Positions 14,296 to 28,300 of a stretch of 64,000 nt of DNA are shown one piece after another. The stretch is taken from positions 6,450,001 to 6,514,000 of the forward strand of contig NC_087438.1 in NCBI RefSeq assembly GCF_036321535.1, written 5' to 3'. Below the pieces are notes generated by a model. That model had not been told where the DNA came from and did no database searches. It worked only from the letters and a program-made list of their open reading frames with translations. The DNA is from Camelus dromedarius (taxonomy: Eukaryota). How positions within the stretch are numbered: the first letter of the stretch is position 1; the number at the start of each line of letters is the position of its first letter. The position numbers and the translations under genes are program-made.

Positions 14296-15810
14296 GGAAA
14301 TCAATGAATATGTATATGTAAACACACATTTGTGCATGCACGCGTGCACACACACGCGCACACACACACCTATACATTTCCCTTTTTTAGCACACAGAAT
14401 ATATCAAATAATATATTATACCATGAGAATCAAAATGAGCATAATCCCATCTATTGAATGATCTATGTATTTTGTAAAAGATAATTTTAAAATCAGAGCT
14501 TTAAAATGGTATTTTGGTTAAACTGTTGGTCATTCTGATTTCTTATGAATGCAATCAAAATTTTACCAATGATCAACTCATATAAAACCTCAGTTATATA
14601 CTGCATTGCAGTGGAAGGACAATTAATTGCCCAGCGTGATGAAATAATTACGATAAAAAGCGATTATTTATTGTGATCACTTTTAAAAAACAAAAGCAGT
14701 TAATACTTGCTGCAAAATCACTACGCCTTATCTTTTGTGCATGCCCTACTTTATTTAATTCCAGCAACAACAGTGTGGGGTTGGTAGTGTTTTGTGGCCG
14801 TTTCACAGATGAGGAAACCTGCAATTGCTGGAAGTCGTGGAGCTACATAACAAGTCCAGATCTATTGGTTTCCAAAGTGCTTTATCAGTATATTAGCTTT
14901 CCTGGAAGACTGGCTTACTTTAACACGCCAGTAAACAAAACTCAGATCTAATATGAAACCCTAGCTCTAAAGTTGTCTGAATGTTCATGATACCAGCATC
15001 ACAAAGAGAAGGAAATAATATAAACTTCTCTCCAGTCACTTCTTAGAACTCTAGCACATGAGGGTGATTAAAGAACTTTTTCCAAACTACACACAGCTGA
15101 AGGATCCTGGCATACGCCATGGGGAGTTTCAGAGTTTTGGGAAGAAGGCCATGATCCTCTGCTTCTCCAAGGAGACTCTGGCTATCAGATCCTTCTGAAA
15201 GACTGAAAGGGTAAAGTGGGCCTTTGTGGTTCAGATCTGCCACTAAAACAAACACTCTATCCAGGTACAAGGATCTCAGGCTCCTCCTCCAAACCCCTCA
15301 AAACAGAAGTAGGTAAAATGCATTTTTATCTATCCTCACTAATTTTTTGTTGTATGTGGTTTTTAATCCATATAGTCACACTTATTTAATTATAAATAAT
15401 AAAGAAGAAACAAAGATGTTTTTCTAAGGGGCTTGATTTTTACAAGCATATGACAGCTAGATGCATTAAACAATATAATCAATGATTATTCTAACTAGGG
15501 GGAAAAGGCCACTCCCTGACATGGAGGAAACGTCTTTTGAATTATCCATCATTTGATGAAGAGTAAATCAGGATGGTACCCCAAAAAAGGAAGAGAGGCC
15601 ACACAGTAGGAAGAGAGCTAATTGGGAATTAAAGCAGATGAGGCCTCATATCAAATAGGGCAGCCAAGCATCCTGTGGCCTGATCCGCTGAGGAAAGGAA
15701 CCCCCGCCCTGACCTGATTTATACCTTCACATACATCTGTCTTCATCCCCTGAAACAGAGAGCTAATTGGAACGGAAAATGAAAGCTTGAGAAAAATAAA
15801 TTGCACCTAC

Positions 15811-15856
15811 CTGGATCAGAGACAGATCCTCAAGCTGTAACCTGAAGAGGTAGTTT
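15811..15856 (-). CDS. SEMA5A: Semaphorin-5A internal coding exon (equivalent to human exon 5)
   Basis: Minus strand reads ctctttttgtattttgtag|AAACTACCTC...CTGATCCAG|gtaggt. It is 46 nt, phase 2 to 0, translates to (R)NYLFRLQLEDLSLIQ and joins in frame (AG+A=Arg) to the 31388-31487 exon. Confidence 0.97.
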
Positions 15857-17919
15857 CTACAAAATACAAAAAGAGAGCAGTTTCATTTTTAATAGAGCCA
15901 AAAAACCACAGTTTATAAAAATTATGAGAACAAGGGAAAAAAACAAACTTAATGATTTTTGGCTTTCAAAGCATTCTCCTGCTAAGAATGTGTGTAACAC
16001 AGTTTTGCTTGGAACTCAGAGTTCAAAGAGGCATTCAGTACATTAACAGAAACACACATTTGAGATTGGCAGGAAAACTACGGAATAAGGGGGTGACAGG
16101 TGACTAAGAGAAATCTAAATTATTAATCGGCTCTCAATCTATATGGAATGGACAAAAGGACATGGATATTTGGTTCTGAAATTGAGTTTAGGTTAAGCAA
16201 GATGATATAAAACCATTCTTCATGAATTCTTCATTTTTACCCATCAACCTATATTCACCATATTTTATAATTGAAACACCTCCAGGTCTTGAATTCAGCA
16301 ATGGTCTAAATATGACAGTGATCTACCTTGCTAGATGGATTCAGTGTGTAATAAGTTTTGAAGTACGAACTTGTTGGTCTACCATCAAGGATTTCAAAGA
16401 TTCAGCTCTGGCTGCCCAAGCGTGAAACAGGAAATCAGAGAAAAGGAAATGATCAGTTTTCAACAATGAAGGCGAAGAACAGTAGACACACAACAGAGAC
16501 CAGCAGAGCACGGGGTAAAAACGGGCACGGGGTAGGTATCGGTCACATGGTCACCTGAGACTTTGCTGTTGCAGCTTTTAGAAACAATGAATTGGCCTCC
16601 AATTTAACTCATGAACGAAGGCCTCCTTAGCTTCCTGCAGAGGAGAAGTTGGTGTGGCAGGAGCAGCGCTCCAGGGATAGATGGAGGAGAGTCAGCCTCG
16701 GTGTGACAAGGATGGCAGGGAGAAATGGGCATCAAGTGGAAAGTGGACACTAAGACTGCGTGAGTGTGGCGAGGGGTCCCCAAAAAGCTGAAGGTAACGT
16801 GGTAAGGGGCTGGTCCACTAGTCATCGCGACGGCACTGAGAGAATAACATTCTCCCAACACCGGCAAGAAACAAGATGAAATGACTTCCACTCTCTGGGG
16901 AGGTGGGTAGACATTGGAAGTGAACACGCTATCCCAGCAGAAGGGACAAGTGACAGCCAGGTCAGGCCAAGGGCAGCACCCTGAGAGAACCAGGAAACGT
17001 CTCTGTGGTGCAGATAGAGACGGGGAGAGCAAGACCACTGGGAGGACTCCAGCCGGGACAGGCTGCTCTCCAGTAGCACGTGTGCGCACTGTCCTGTCGG
17101 AGGGAGGAAAGGGACCCAGACCATGTTCAGAGTGGTCTCATGAGTCCCAGGCATCGCCCGCTGGGCACTTAGGTTTCTCACAATTTGTGCCCAACTACGG
17201 CAACACTGCATCCTGTACTCTGAAAAACACCTCCTCCAACACTATAATGGCCTGTTCACCCTCTTCCTCCACCTCCAGTTTAACCTCTGAAACAACACCA
17301 GAAGCAGTGCTCCACACAGGGTGCCTCCAACACAAAACCACAGGGGGAAGCTTCCCCTCTCTTCTATCACAGACGAACCATAGCCCTCTCCCCTGAACTG
17401 ATGAAGGATGCACTTGGGGGGTGGGATGTGGCAGCAGAATATTTCTATTTAGTCCCGCACCACGCAGAAGCAAAGTTTCCAATGGGTGCATCTTCCCGAA
17501 GGGGGAGGAATGCAAACTCAGCGCACTTACGGAAAAGTGTTGTCAAGCCGCCAAGGTAGGCACCCCTGGAGGCTGGCCAGCCTTTGGAGGGTGGCCAAGC
17601 TTTCATCTACGTGAAACAAATGCCAAGAACTCCTCTAAGAGAAGTTGGGAATCTGTACACACAGAGATGAATCTTCCATATGAGGGGCTTGCAAGTGACA
17701 CCGGGTGCCATCACTGGCCATCGCACACTCATTGCCTCCATCCATGAGCATCAGGGCTCCCTACTCTCATGCTGGTTTCATCACCGGCTTCCTGGTTGCA
17801 GGAAGCTGCCAGCAGTCACCGCTCCTCCTTTACTTCACTATGGGAGGCAGCGTTGCCCAGGAGTTAAGAATATTTGTGCAAAGCCCAAAGATCCATCACA
17901 AGACAACTTCTGGAAGGAA

Positions 17920-18060
17920 GCTAGGCACCCTATGCTTCTATCTTTTCACCTGCAAAACGGAGCTGATAGTCATTTTACACCCTAGGGTTGTGGTGAGGTT
18001 TAAATCAAAGGAAAACACTTCGAATGGCATCTGACCCATTGTCAGTGCTCAATAGTAGTC
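17920..18060 (+). mobile_element. MIR fragment
   Basis: ttttcacctgcaaaacggag...agggttgtggtgaggtttaaat...agtgctcaata. Confidence 0.6.
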
Positions 18061-18350
18061 ACATTTAGGGAGATAATGGAAAATATTAAAATTTCCAGAT
18101 GGGATGGAATTCTCAGCATATCTTCCATTGCACACAGAAGGGAAGCACATTTCTGGCCTCCAGCAATGGCAGGTTACAGGCACAAGAATGCTTATTTATT
18201 TGTGTTCAGGTGTTGGGGGCATTTATCAGTAGGGATGGTGGTGGCACTATGGGATTTTTGGAAAGAAGACAACACTGTTATCTTATCATAGTTCTGGGAC
18301 CAGGTCATCACACTCTTTCAAACCCACTGGCTCTTTTAAGAAAGACTATT

Positions 18351-18770
18351 CTCTGATTATAGCGATATTGAGCATTTTTTCATGTGCCTATTGGCCATTT
18401 GTATGTCTTCACTGGAAAATTCTTTGTTTAGGTTTTCTGTCCACTTTTGGATTGGGTTGTTTGGTTTTTTTGTTATTAAGTTGTATGAACTGTTTGTATA
18501 TTCTGGAAATTAAGCTTTTGTTAATGTATTCTGGAAATTAAGTTTTTGTCAGTCGCCATCACTTGCCAATACATTCTTCCATTTCATAGGTTGTCTTTTT
18601 GCTTTGTTTATGGTTTCCTTTGCTGTGCAAAAGCTTGTAAGTTTAATTAGTTCCTGTTTGTTCACTTTTGCTTTTATTTCTATTGCCTGGGTAAGCATGC
18701 TGCACACCAGAAATTGACAAAAAGTTGTCATCTGACTATACTTCAACTAAAAAAAAAACTCTGAAATTTA
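18351..18770 (+). mobile_element. 5'-truncated, 5'-inverted LINE-1 (inverted ORF2 3' segment ~18351-18692, sense 3' end ~18696-18770)
   Basis: The minus ORF 18549-18746 contains L1 ORF2-like IKLTSFCTAKETINKAKRQPMKW. It is followed by a sense 3' terminus ccagaaattgac...gactatacttcaactaaaaaaaaaa. Confidence 0.85.
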
Positions 18771-19178
18771 AAAAAGATTTTTTCTGTAAATATTCATAGT
18801 GAAAGAACCCATTCATACTGTGATCACTGAATTACTTGAGAGATTTGATGATACTGCAAGGCCATCTTTCTCTCCTTTTCTTCTCTCCCGCATCCCTGCC
18901 CCACGCACATACACGCATGCATGCCCACACTACAGTATCTGCCTCTGGGAACATTCTAGAAAGGCAGATCTAATACCTTAAGGAAGAGCTGGAAGTGCAT
19001 TCATGCCACTGAGGAAAGAGGGTGGTAGTGTCCATGGTGTTCTGTGGTGCGACGGCCAGGACAGCTAGAGAGAGAAGTGCCAAGTCTTCTCTCTGCTTGT
19101 GGAGAGGGTTGCAGGAGGTGTGGAGAGCATCCTCTCAAACCCCTAGGTCCAATTTTCTGGTGTTTTCCAGCGGGGAAG

Positions 19179-19529
19179 TGCTATCATCGGCATGTTCGTG
19201 TCCCCCGAAAAGTCCTATGTTGAAATCCTAAACCCCAAAGGTGATGGTATCAGGAGGTGGGGCCTTTGGCAGGTGATCTGGTCATGAGGGTGGAGCCCTC
19301 ATGAATGGGATCAGTGCCCTTATAGAAGAGGCTTCATACTTCCACCTTGTGAGTTCACAGCAAGAAGCAGCCCATCTCAGCCTAGAAGAGGACTCTCACT
19401 AGAACCCAACCAGGCTGGCACCCTGATCTTGGACTTACACCCCCTAGAACTGTGAGAAGCAAATTCCTGGTGTTTATAAGCTGCCCAGTCTGTGGCATTT
19501 TGTCACAGCCATCCAAATGGACTAAGACA
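19179..19529 (+). mobile_element. MaLR solo LTR (MLT1A-like)
   Basis: TG...CA termini (tgctatc...gactaagaca) and a perfect 5-bp TSD ggaag at 19174-19178 and 19530-19534. Confidence 0.92.
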
Positions 19530-20217
19530 GGAAGACATTGATTTACGATGACAAACATGCCACACTGTCAGTCTACATCTCCCCAGCCAAATCTAACTTT
19601 GCTGACCACTTCTGCCTCTCCATTCCCTGTAAAGGCACCTCTCTTTTCCCCCAGTCATTACCAGTGGATTTCAACCTTTTACTCTTCCTTCCCCAGACAC
19701 CTGAGAACTCTGGTGCCCTCACATCCAACTCATCAGGAATCAATCATGATGGCAGAGGTATTCAACAGGTGAACAGAAGGGGCAGAGAGGAGCGGCGTGC
19801 TAACCAGGAAAAATAACCCAGTAATTATGAGATACCACCACCACCATCACTATGCCCAATACCTTAATGAAGATAAAGCACCCAAGATTTGAACTTTTCC
19901 TTTGGTATTTTCTAGGTTATGAGATGCACGTGGGTGATTTTTAACCTATCCTCAATTGCTTTTGACCTAAAAAAAAAAAAATAGAATCCAAGAATTCTGG
20001 TGCTAGGCTGTATATTACAGAGTATATACCTCTCAATTTTTAGATGAGGAAATTTCTGCAAATTAACAGGTGCAGTGTGATTTATCCAAGATTATTAGGA
20101 TTCAGAGAAAGTCCTATGATTAGAAACAAGACCCCTCAGTTTGGTGTCCTTTATCCCATTGTGCCAAAGGGCCTCACCAATCAGTTATCCAATGTCCCCT
20201 TCCTAACTTAACTGACA

Positions 20218-20218
<1 letters not shown>

Positions 20219-20258
<40 letters not shown>
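20219..20258. repeat. (CA)20 microsatellite
   Basis: Uninterrupted CA repeat read directly. Confidence 0.97.
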
Positions 20259-20261
<3 letters not shown>

Positions 20262-23200
20262 GAATCATTCTTACAGTACAATTATTTCACGTCGCCATGT
20301 TCATTCACAGGTACCTTTACAAATCATTTTGAGGCAATTCAAATCTTAGCAGAACTAATGACAAGCTTTTGGCTGCAGGTAAGTGATTCTCACCTTTGGG
20401 GCTGTGATCTGACTGTGACATATGTCTCCCCATCAAGAGAACATGTTAATCCTACAGGTCTGGCTAATTCCTGGTGCCTCCTTTCTCCCTCTTTATTTCA
20501 CACGAATTCTTCCTAAAACTGCCTACCCATACTTATTTTAAGAGTGCCCAAGTTTCTTCATTTATGAAATGAAAGAGCTAAACTATACAATCTGTCAGTA
20601 TGTTTGACACAAATTCCTAAAAGACTGTGACCCTTTTTAGAGACATGAAATGAGCAACAGAGTTGGATAAACACACGGCCATCTTATGAAATAATTGTTA
20701 TCATGATATATTTCAATAAATTTCTGACTAATACTTTTCAAGTGTTTTTAATTTTTGCAACTGAGTACCATATTTCAATAATCTTAAATGAAATCTCAGC
20801 ATACAAAAGATGTAAGAAAAATGCATTCAATAATTATACTTACATGTAATATTTGTTAATCATTAAGTCAGTAGATTAAGATGATTTGAAAGTTTTGAAA
20901 CTTGCCTTATTGGAACCATGTATAATCTTGCATAGCCTCCATGTCTATTTAAGGTCTAGTTTTCTGTTGGTTCATTGGTTACATTTTTGTTGCTGTTTTT
21001 TTCATTTGTTTGATTTTGGAGACAAAGCGTTGGTAAATTCTTTCGAATATTTGTTTAATACATGACCATGTTGACACAAACCCCAAGTGGGCAATTCAAT
21101 GCCTTGCTGGACTTTTCTATATTAGAAATATTTAATATTACACATTCCAGTATTCACTTTCTCTCTCACGATTTTCAACAATTTAAAAAATTGTAAAAAA
21201 ATGAAATACAAATGAAAAATGTGTGTAATTCCCTAATCACATGTCTGGAACCTACGAATCTAACAAAACACAGTGTAGCTTCTACTATTCTCAAAATCTT
21301 TTCATCAAACTATTTGGTTTCAAATACAACTCCAAGTATATTTTTGCTTTTGGGAAAATTCCAATCCAGCTAGCAACACGAGGGACCAGAAATCTCCCAA
21401 GACAGCTTGATTCATCACAGTTTAGGTCAATGACCTATGAAGTTAAAGGTTACAAAAAGAAAGAAAATCTTCTAAAGGGAATAAAAAAAATGGATATTCC
21501 CAGATGTTGGGTCCCTCACACACTAAAGTAAGATCTATGGTCCCCGGCAAGTGGCTGTTCTCCAGGGCATTACAGAAGAGGCAACCGCTTTATCTTGTAA
21601 TTGTGAGCACACAGAGGAGAGAAAACAATGTACGCGAGGTTCACAAGAAAGGCTACCAACGTTTCCAACAAGAAGGAGTGATGCTTCTGGCTCCCAGCCA
21701 AGAGGGAATGCTAACCAAATGTTTCATATAGGGTCAGTTTCTCTAGTAGGGCGATGCTCTGAGCAACTCAAAGCATTTAAGTGGTCTCATTAATCTTCGT
21801 AACACCCCTAGATGTAAATAGCTGGTAATAAGGAATATTGCCATTCTTCGGGGAGAGAGGCAGTGGGACAGGAGGTTAAGAGAAGGGCTTCTTGAGTGTA
21901 TTAGTTGTGTGTCTCAGGGGAGTTGGTCTATACTGCCACTTTCCCCTTTCATTACAGGAGTACAAAGCAAGAGTTTAACCGCGCTGCAAAGGTTCAATTT
22001 TATGGCCACAGTCAATGAAAGTATGGGATTTTCTTCCCCTGGTATGGACCTACTCTCTTTCAAATGCCTTGGAATAAAATTTGACATTGCACATGCAAAA
22101 TGTAGTAACCATGTTACTTTAAGGAGTAATATATGAGGAAGACACAGATCCAATAAACTGAATAATTCAAATCACAAAGCCATTAAATCTGGCAGACACA
22201 AACTGACAGTTCTGAAGACCATTTATCCTTTCCCCACTAGACATCTGCGCGTGTCTTCTCCCTCTTCACCAGAGTGTATTTCTCTTTGACTAGAAACTCG
22301 AATAACTCCGTCTTGCACCCCATCACCTCCCCCAGTGGCCTATTAGCCACAAATCACTAAGCACAACAATATATTCTCTGAGGGAGCCACGAGGGCCTTA
22401 ATAGACAAAGTTCATTCGCGTCTTCATGCAAAGTAATAAAATTCAGCCAGCATTAAAGAAAAGGCCGCGCCATCATGAGCATATTAAGTAAATGACTCAT
22501 TTTATCCAGAGACACTATAAAACTTAACTCTGACCTCCATTAATTATGAAAGACACAGGTGTTTTAAAATGACATTCTCTTAGAATAACTCAATTGGTCT
22601 CTGATGACTCTAGCTATAAAATCAAAGAAAAAGATTCCAAGTTCTTACTGAACACGGACGTTAGAGGCTTGCTTATAACCGAGGAGCAGAAGATTGAACA
22701 ATTCAGAAAGACAGGCTTGCACTTTGAACAGAGAAAACGGAGACAAGAAAATCAAGTAAACCTAGGGAAAACGTTTTAGACAGCGGTGACAGAAACTTAC
22801 ATTTTTGCTGTATAATAAAAGTTTAGATCACCACTGCTCATGAAGCAATCTGAATACAAAACCTACTGCACATAAGCCGTCACCACTTGGGCACATCTGA
22901 GAGTAAAGCCAGCCCCACCTGCACCCGCGCCAGCCATCCGCTCCGTGGTCTCTACTTGCTGCGCAAGTCTGTCCTAACTGTCGTCAGTATCCCACTGGCA
23001 CAGAGCCCGACACTGCGACTTCCTACAGGACACCCGAAGCTTCAATTGCATTGACGACTTAAAGATTAAAATACAAATTTGTGACTTTGAGGCAAAGGAA
23101 AATTAATAACTATATCCTTTACAACACAAAATGGTTTTCTAAAAATTATTTTAATTATTTACATGTAAATATTTAATGCCTCAGTCATCTCAATAACTTT

Positions 23201-24669
23201 TTAAAGATTTAATTTCGTCACATAACCAATTCAGGTAGTTCACCAACCTCTCCGTAATTGCTATTCCTAAGACATTCATTATGCTGATTGATTCCAAACA
23301 AAATCTAGGAACCTTTGTTTTTTCTATTATTATAATCATTCCAAAAAATCTATTTATTGTATTTTTTCCATAAGTTTTTTGGGAGTTTAATTAAGGTTTA
23401 GTATTACCAAGCTTTTTTAAATATAGCACTATATTTAAATATCTAGATCACATTTAGATCACGTTTTGAATGTTTTCTTTGCTAATATATTTTTAAATTT
23501 GGTGACAAATGCAGAATATGGTCATATTATGAGTTACCTCCTCAGAATTTTTCCAACCCTCCTCAACAATAATAAATATCTGTACTTTGGGCTAGAAAAC
23601 ATTTAAAATAATTCTGATTTTATTACTGTTGTTATTACCATGTATGTCCAGTACACATTCTCCCCACATCGTACTGGCTTATTTCATCATCCATCCCAAA
23701 GAAATAAGTTTCAAAGAACACATCAAAATCAAAATTGAACCATTTTTATAGCACTTTTGTAACTTTAAATACCACAATTAAAAGGCACAGAAGTAGATAA
23801 ATAACCTCTTACTATTTCTCAAGTAGGACAAAATAACAGAAATGGATTTTTAGTGGGATGCAATGGTTAAGACCAATGTTGTTAGTAAATTTCAGAGATT
23901 TGAAATCAGGAAAACCTTTTCCCATAAGCATATTTAGGGACAAAGTTATTAATCAATACTGTCAATAATCACACTGATAATTAATTTTCATTATGTTCTA
24001 AATATTATATGCAAATCTCTAAGTGCTTTGAGGATTACAGATAATGACTTACTGCTCTCAATTTAACTCATGACTTCTGCTTTTCCTGGTCCGTTGGGTA
24101 TTTGATTTGTTATTTTCCATTTTTTAGTTAATAGAGATCATTTTTCATTTGAAAAAATACCAGTTGAATTACTTTATGATTCTGTTAACCTATGCTTTCC
24201 TAGGAATATTCACCCTTCAGATTATCTCCATATACAGTGATCGTTCTGGGCTGTCTTCAGAGTTAGCAAAATCTGAGGTTATGTTTCATGTATCTTCAAG
24301 TAATCAAGATTTACCGCTCATTTCCCAAATGCTCAGTCCCAGATGATGGCATCACAACAAGACAGACTTCAAATCTTGCTCCCAAATCTCATCTTTGACC
24401 CCTGCCCTCAACCAGCAGTTGTGATTCTCCATCAGTCACTGTCAAACCCAGATCTGAAACGTCTCAAATCTGATTTATCTCCATTTCCACCATCACTGCC
24501 TGACTTTAAGTTGTCTCTACCTGATCCACAGCCCCCAGCTGGCATCCCTACCCCCAAACTCTCTGGACTCCAGCACATTCTGCACACTGTATGGTCGAAG
24601 TACCTTCCTAAAGCAAATCTGAGCATGGAAATATGTGGCCTTAGAAATCTCCTGAGCACCTAATGTCTT

Positions 24670-24850
24670 TAGCAGAGATTCTCAAATTGGCCAGGCCAGT
24701 GGATGACCAGAGGCTTGATTAAACCAAAGATTCCAACATTACTTTCAGAAAGTCTAATTCAAACGATCTGAGGAAAGGCAGGCCCTTGGCATTTCTTGAA
24801 AGGTTTCTCAGACCATGCTCATGACTGCTGGAATTGGCAACACTGGTCTA
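24670..24850. mobile_element. hAT-Charlie MER5-like element within L2 remnants
   Basis: gcagagattctcaaatt...tctaattca...ttggcaacactggtcta. Confidence 0.55.
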
Positions 24851-25177
24851 GAGGATTAAACCCAAGCTCTTCTTTAGGTAACTAAAGCTTCAGCCTCACC
24901 TACAATTACCCCTCCTCTCAGTCACTAACAGGTGCAGTCAAGATGAGCTCTTTGCCACCTCACCAGGATCTCTAGCCTCCCTGTTTTCTGGTCTTTCTGC
25001 CAGTAAGACTCTCCCACCTGCCAGACTCCCGATGCCTCTCCAAGGCCCGGCTAAAAGAGCAACTTCTTAGCGTGTCCTTTTCATCCACAAGGTCCATCAC
25101 CTTTCTCTACTCTTGGTGTTTCCTGGGCCCTTTATTTAGGCCTCCCTGGAGAACTTAATTGCTTCTGTCCCTCACAC

Positions 25178-25360
25178 CCAGGCGGCCAGGAGTCAGGAAA
25201 CTTTTTCATGGTCTAAATAATAATACTTCACCTTTGTGGTCTCTGTTGGAACCACTCATCTCTGCAGTTAAACCAGGAAAGCAGCCATAGGGAATATGCA
25301 AATGAACAAGTGTGGCTGTGTTCCAATAAAACTTTATTTACAAAATCAGGAGGCCAACCT
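25178..25360. mobile_element. MER58-like MITE
   Basis: aaagcagccatagggaatatgcaaatgaacaagtgtggctgtgttccaataaaactttatttacaaaatcaggaggcc. Confidence 0.8.
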
Positions 25361-28300
25361 TTGCACTAGGCTGTAAAGTCTTTATCAGGTAGAGACTCTG
25401 CTGCATCTTCACTTCCCCTAGCCTAAGCTACTTCCTGGCATGAGATAGGTTCGATCAATCTTTGAGGAAAGAGTCGTGAAAGAGTAACTACATGAACTAA
25501 CGAATTCTGATGGACCCTCTGTGGGTCTGGCTGGGAAAAAGTTCTCTGCACTCAGAACCTGCAGCGCACACACTCAAAGTAAAGAGGCTGGTTAATTTTG
25601 ATCACACTCCGTTGTTGACTCACTGATGGAATATGGGGAAAGGGCAAGCTATACGTGTATTTATAACTAAGTAAGTATTCTTGCAGACTTGTCTTCTCCC
25701 CACCTCCAGCAGAGACACAAATGCAGAGATTACTTTGCTTTTTGTAACAGCAAAAGGAACACAATGGTTGGAAGTCTTAAAGCTCACACTCTGGGACCGC
25801 CTTCCGGCCCACTGGATCAGCGCAGCTGGAAGGAGGGGCAGAGGCAGCTTAATGCTAATGAACACCCTCCCCCCCAAGTGCCACCATGATACTTAGGTGC
25901 ACTGACTGATGTGTGCTAAATATTCTACAAAAGGTAACAAAGCAGGAAGACAAAGAATGGCTATTTTTTTAAAAACACAGATTAGGATAATTAATCAAAC
26001 AGGCCTATTGGAAGAAAGGCAGAAAAAGAAGAAGATAAACAAAGAGACTCTTAAGAAGAAAACATACCTATAAATCAAGAGCCAACAGGGAGAAGGAAAT
26101 AGGTAAACCAAAAAGTACAGGTTTAAAAAGGTTCCAGGTAGCCTGGGGTAAAAACGAAGAGCAGGAATGAGAGCACCATCCTTCCTTCCATCACCAGCTG
26201 CTTTTCCCAAGTCATAATTAATATAAATACAATGCCAGCACCACCATTACCCGGATTTCTCTTCACGATGGGGGTTTACTGCTTTTTGGATTCACTCCTA
26301 ATTGCTGATTTCGTTCCACTCAGCATGAGTTACCTTTAATTGTACAAACTTGACTAAACTGTGTCCTTTGGAAAATGGAAAGAAGTTGTGGCTACTAGAA
26401 GCAGAATTACTGATCTCATAGAAATCTCCAGTTTTCCTTTTAATTATAGACTGCTTCCAACAGATTAGTTCTAAGGTAAAACCTTAAAATAAAAACAGGA
26501 ATTATAACCACCAAAAAAAAAGAAAGAATTATATCGGTTAATTTTAGAAGGTGATATTCATATGAACCAATGGCAAAATCACTTTGAAAGGAGGGACTTA
26601 CACTAATTAAATAGAAGCCTGCCCATTCATTCAGTGTGATCTCATGGGAATATATGTTGGAATTATTAAAGCAAATTCAGTCCCAGCATAACCAAAAGCA
26701 AGGTAATTTTTTCCTTTTTATCTTTATTTTTGTAGATACAAACCATGGGCAAAACAATAGTTTAAAATAACACCCTAAAATTTTTCAAGACCAGTTTGCT
26801 GTGACTGCTGCAAAGACCGAGCTCTGCCTTGAAAGCGCTCGGTTTTAGTTTCTTTTTTTAGCAGTAAACATGCTGATTAGAAATCTATACTATTTGTCAT
26901 ACAGACAGAGATACAGGAGTAGCTTCCAACATACAGAAATGGCCCATTGACTGTAAGGGCATGGTCCATACAAGGCACACGGCTCTGGGCTGGTACTCAC
27001 ATCGGGTCAGGCATCCAGGCAGCCCACGCAGCCCCATTACACTCTCAATTGGTATCTTCACAGAGTTCCCCTTTAGGGGTGTAATTTTAATAGCGCTAAA
27101 ATTTGAAATTTCCAAAGGCATACATAAATCCTATACTTTTCATCAATTATGATTTTTATCTGACCCAATTATTGGGTCTTTGAGCTTCAGTGCCATCACT
27201 TGAGTCATCAGCAGATGGGTGGACCTCCTGGACTGTGTGAGAGCTTACAGGTGAGTGTACTTACTACAGTATCACAGGTGGCAAGACTATGCTCTTCAAT
27301 TATATGTTTATATGACACCGAAGCTTGTTAGAGAGGAGTAAGATGATCAGAAATCGAGTTACAGGAAGAAGAGAAATGAAAGCCCAAGAGATAAGCAGAA
27401 AAGCTGAAAGGAACTCACATTCTGTTTGATGAGAAGCTCTTTTTTTCATGACTATTGTATGGATTTATGCTTCACAAAAATATGGCTAATGGGTAAACGC
27501 CCTGATTATTGTCAGACGTCACTCTGTGTGTGGACCAAGTTAGTTGCCATTTGGAATAACATTTGGATTCAGCACTGAGTCACCTGTCATCCATACAACA
27601 ATAATCCTGATACACTGAAGACAAACAGATTCATTTGGAGGATAGAATGCCGTCATGCTTATATCTGTTGTTACAGTCCTAGGCACAGAAACACTTACAC
27701 CTGTATCTACTTTGTGAACTATTATTATCATTACATTTATAGTTATCTACGCAAAATCCTCTAGACCTCAATATATTCTTTCATTTGGAATTTATAAAAC
27801 TTTATAGCAGGGTTTTTTTAACCAAAGAAGTATACAAATCATCCATAAAATATTATCCCCAAAGTATAAACAAATAGAAATCAAATACTGCAGGGAAATA
27901 ACTGAAAAGGTTAACTGTGATTATTTCTGAAATTGTGTTTTTTCTTTAAGCTTTACAGTGTTTTCTCCATTTCCTGAGATGAAAATGCCTGGGTCTCATC
28001 ATTGAAAACACAAACATTATTGATTTTTAAAGAGATGTGGGTAAAACACAAGATGAATATCAACGCTTTTAAGATAATATGAAAGATAATGTGCACCTTG
28101 GAAATGGTAAATTTAAGTAATTACCAGAACTTTCATGAATTCAGATGCAACTACCTTCTGGTACTACATAACCACAAAGCACCTAAGTGTTTTGTTTTTT
28201 GGTTTTTGGTTTTTGTTTTTCCCCAGCAGGAGAGCTTTTTGCAAAAGCACAAAGAATTTTAAGTGAATTCAATTTCAGGACCATCAAGTATTACTGGTAG

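Noticed and set aside
16604..18034. Cluster of longer overlapping ORFs in a GC-richer zone
   Set aside because: Higher GC lowers stop frequency on both strands; there is no coherent splice structure or recognisable domain.
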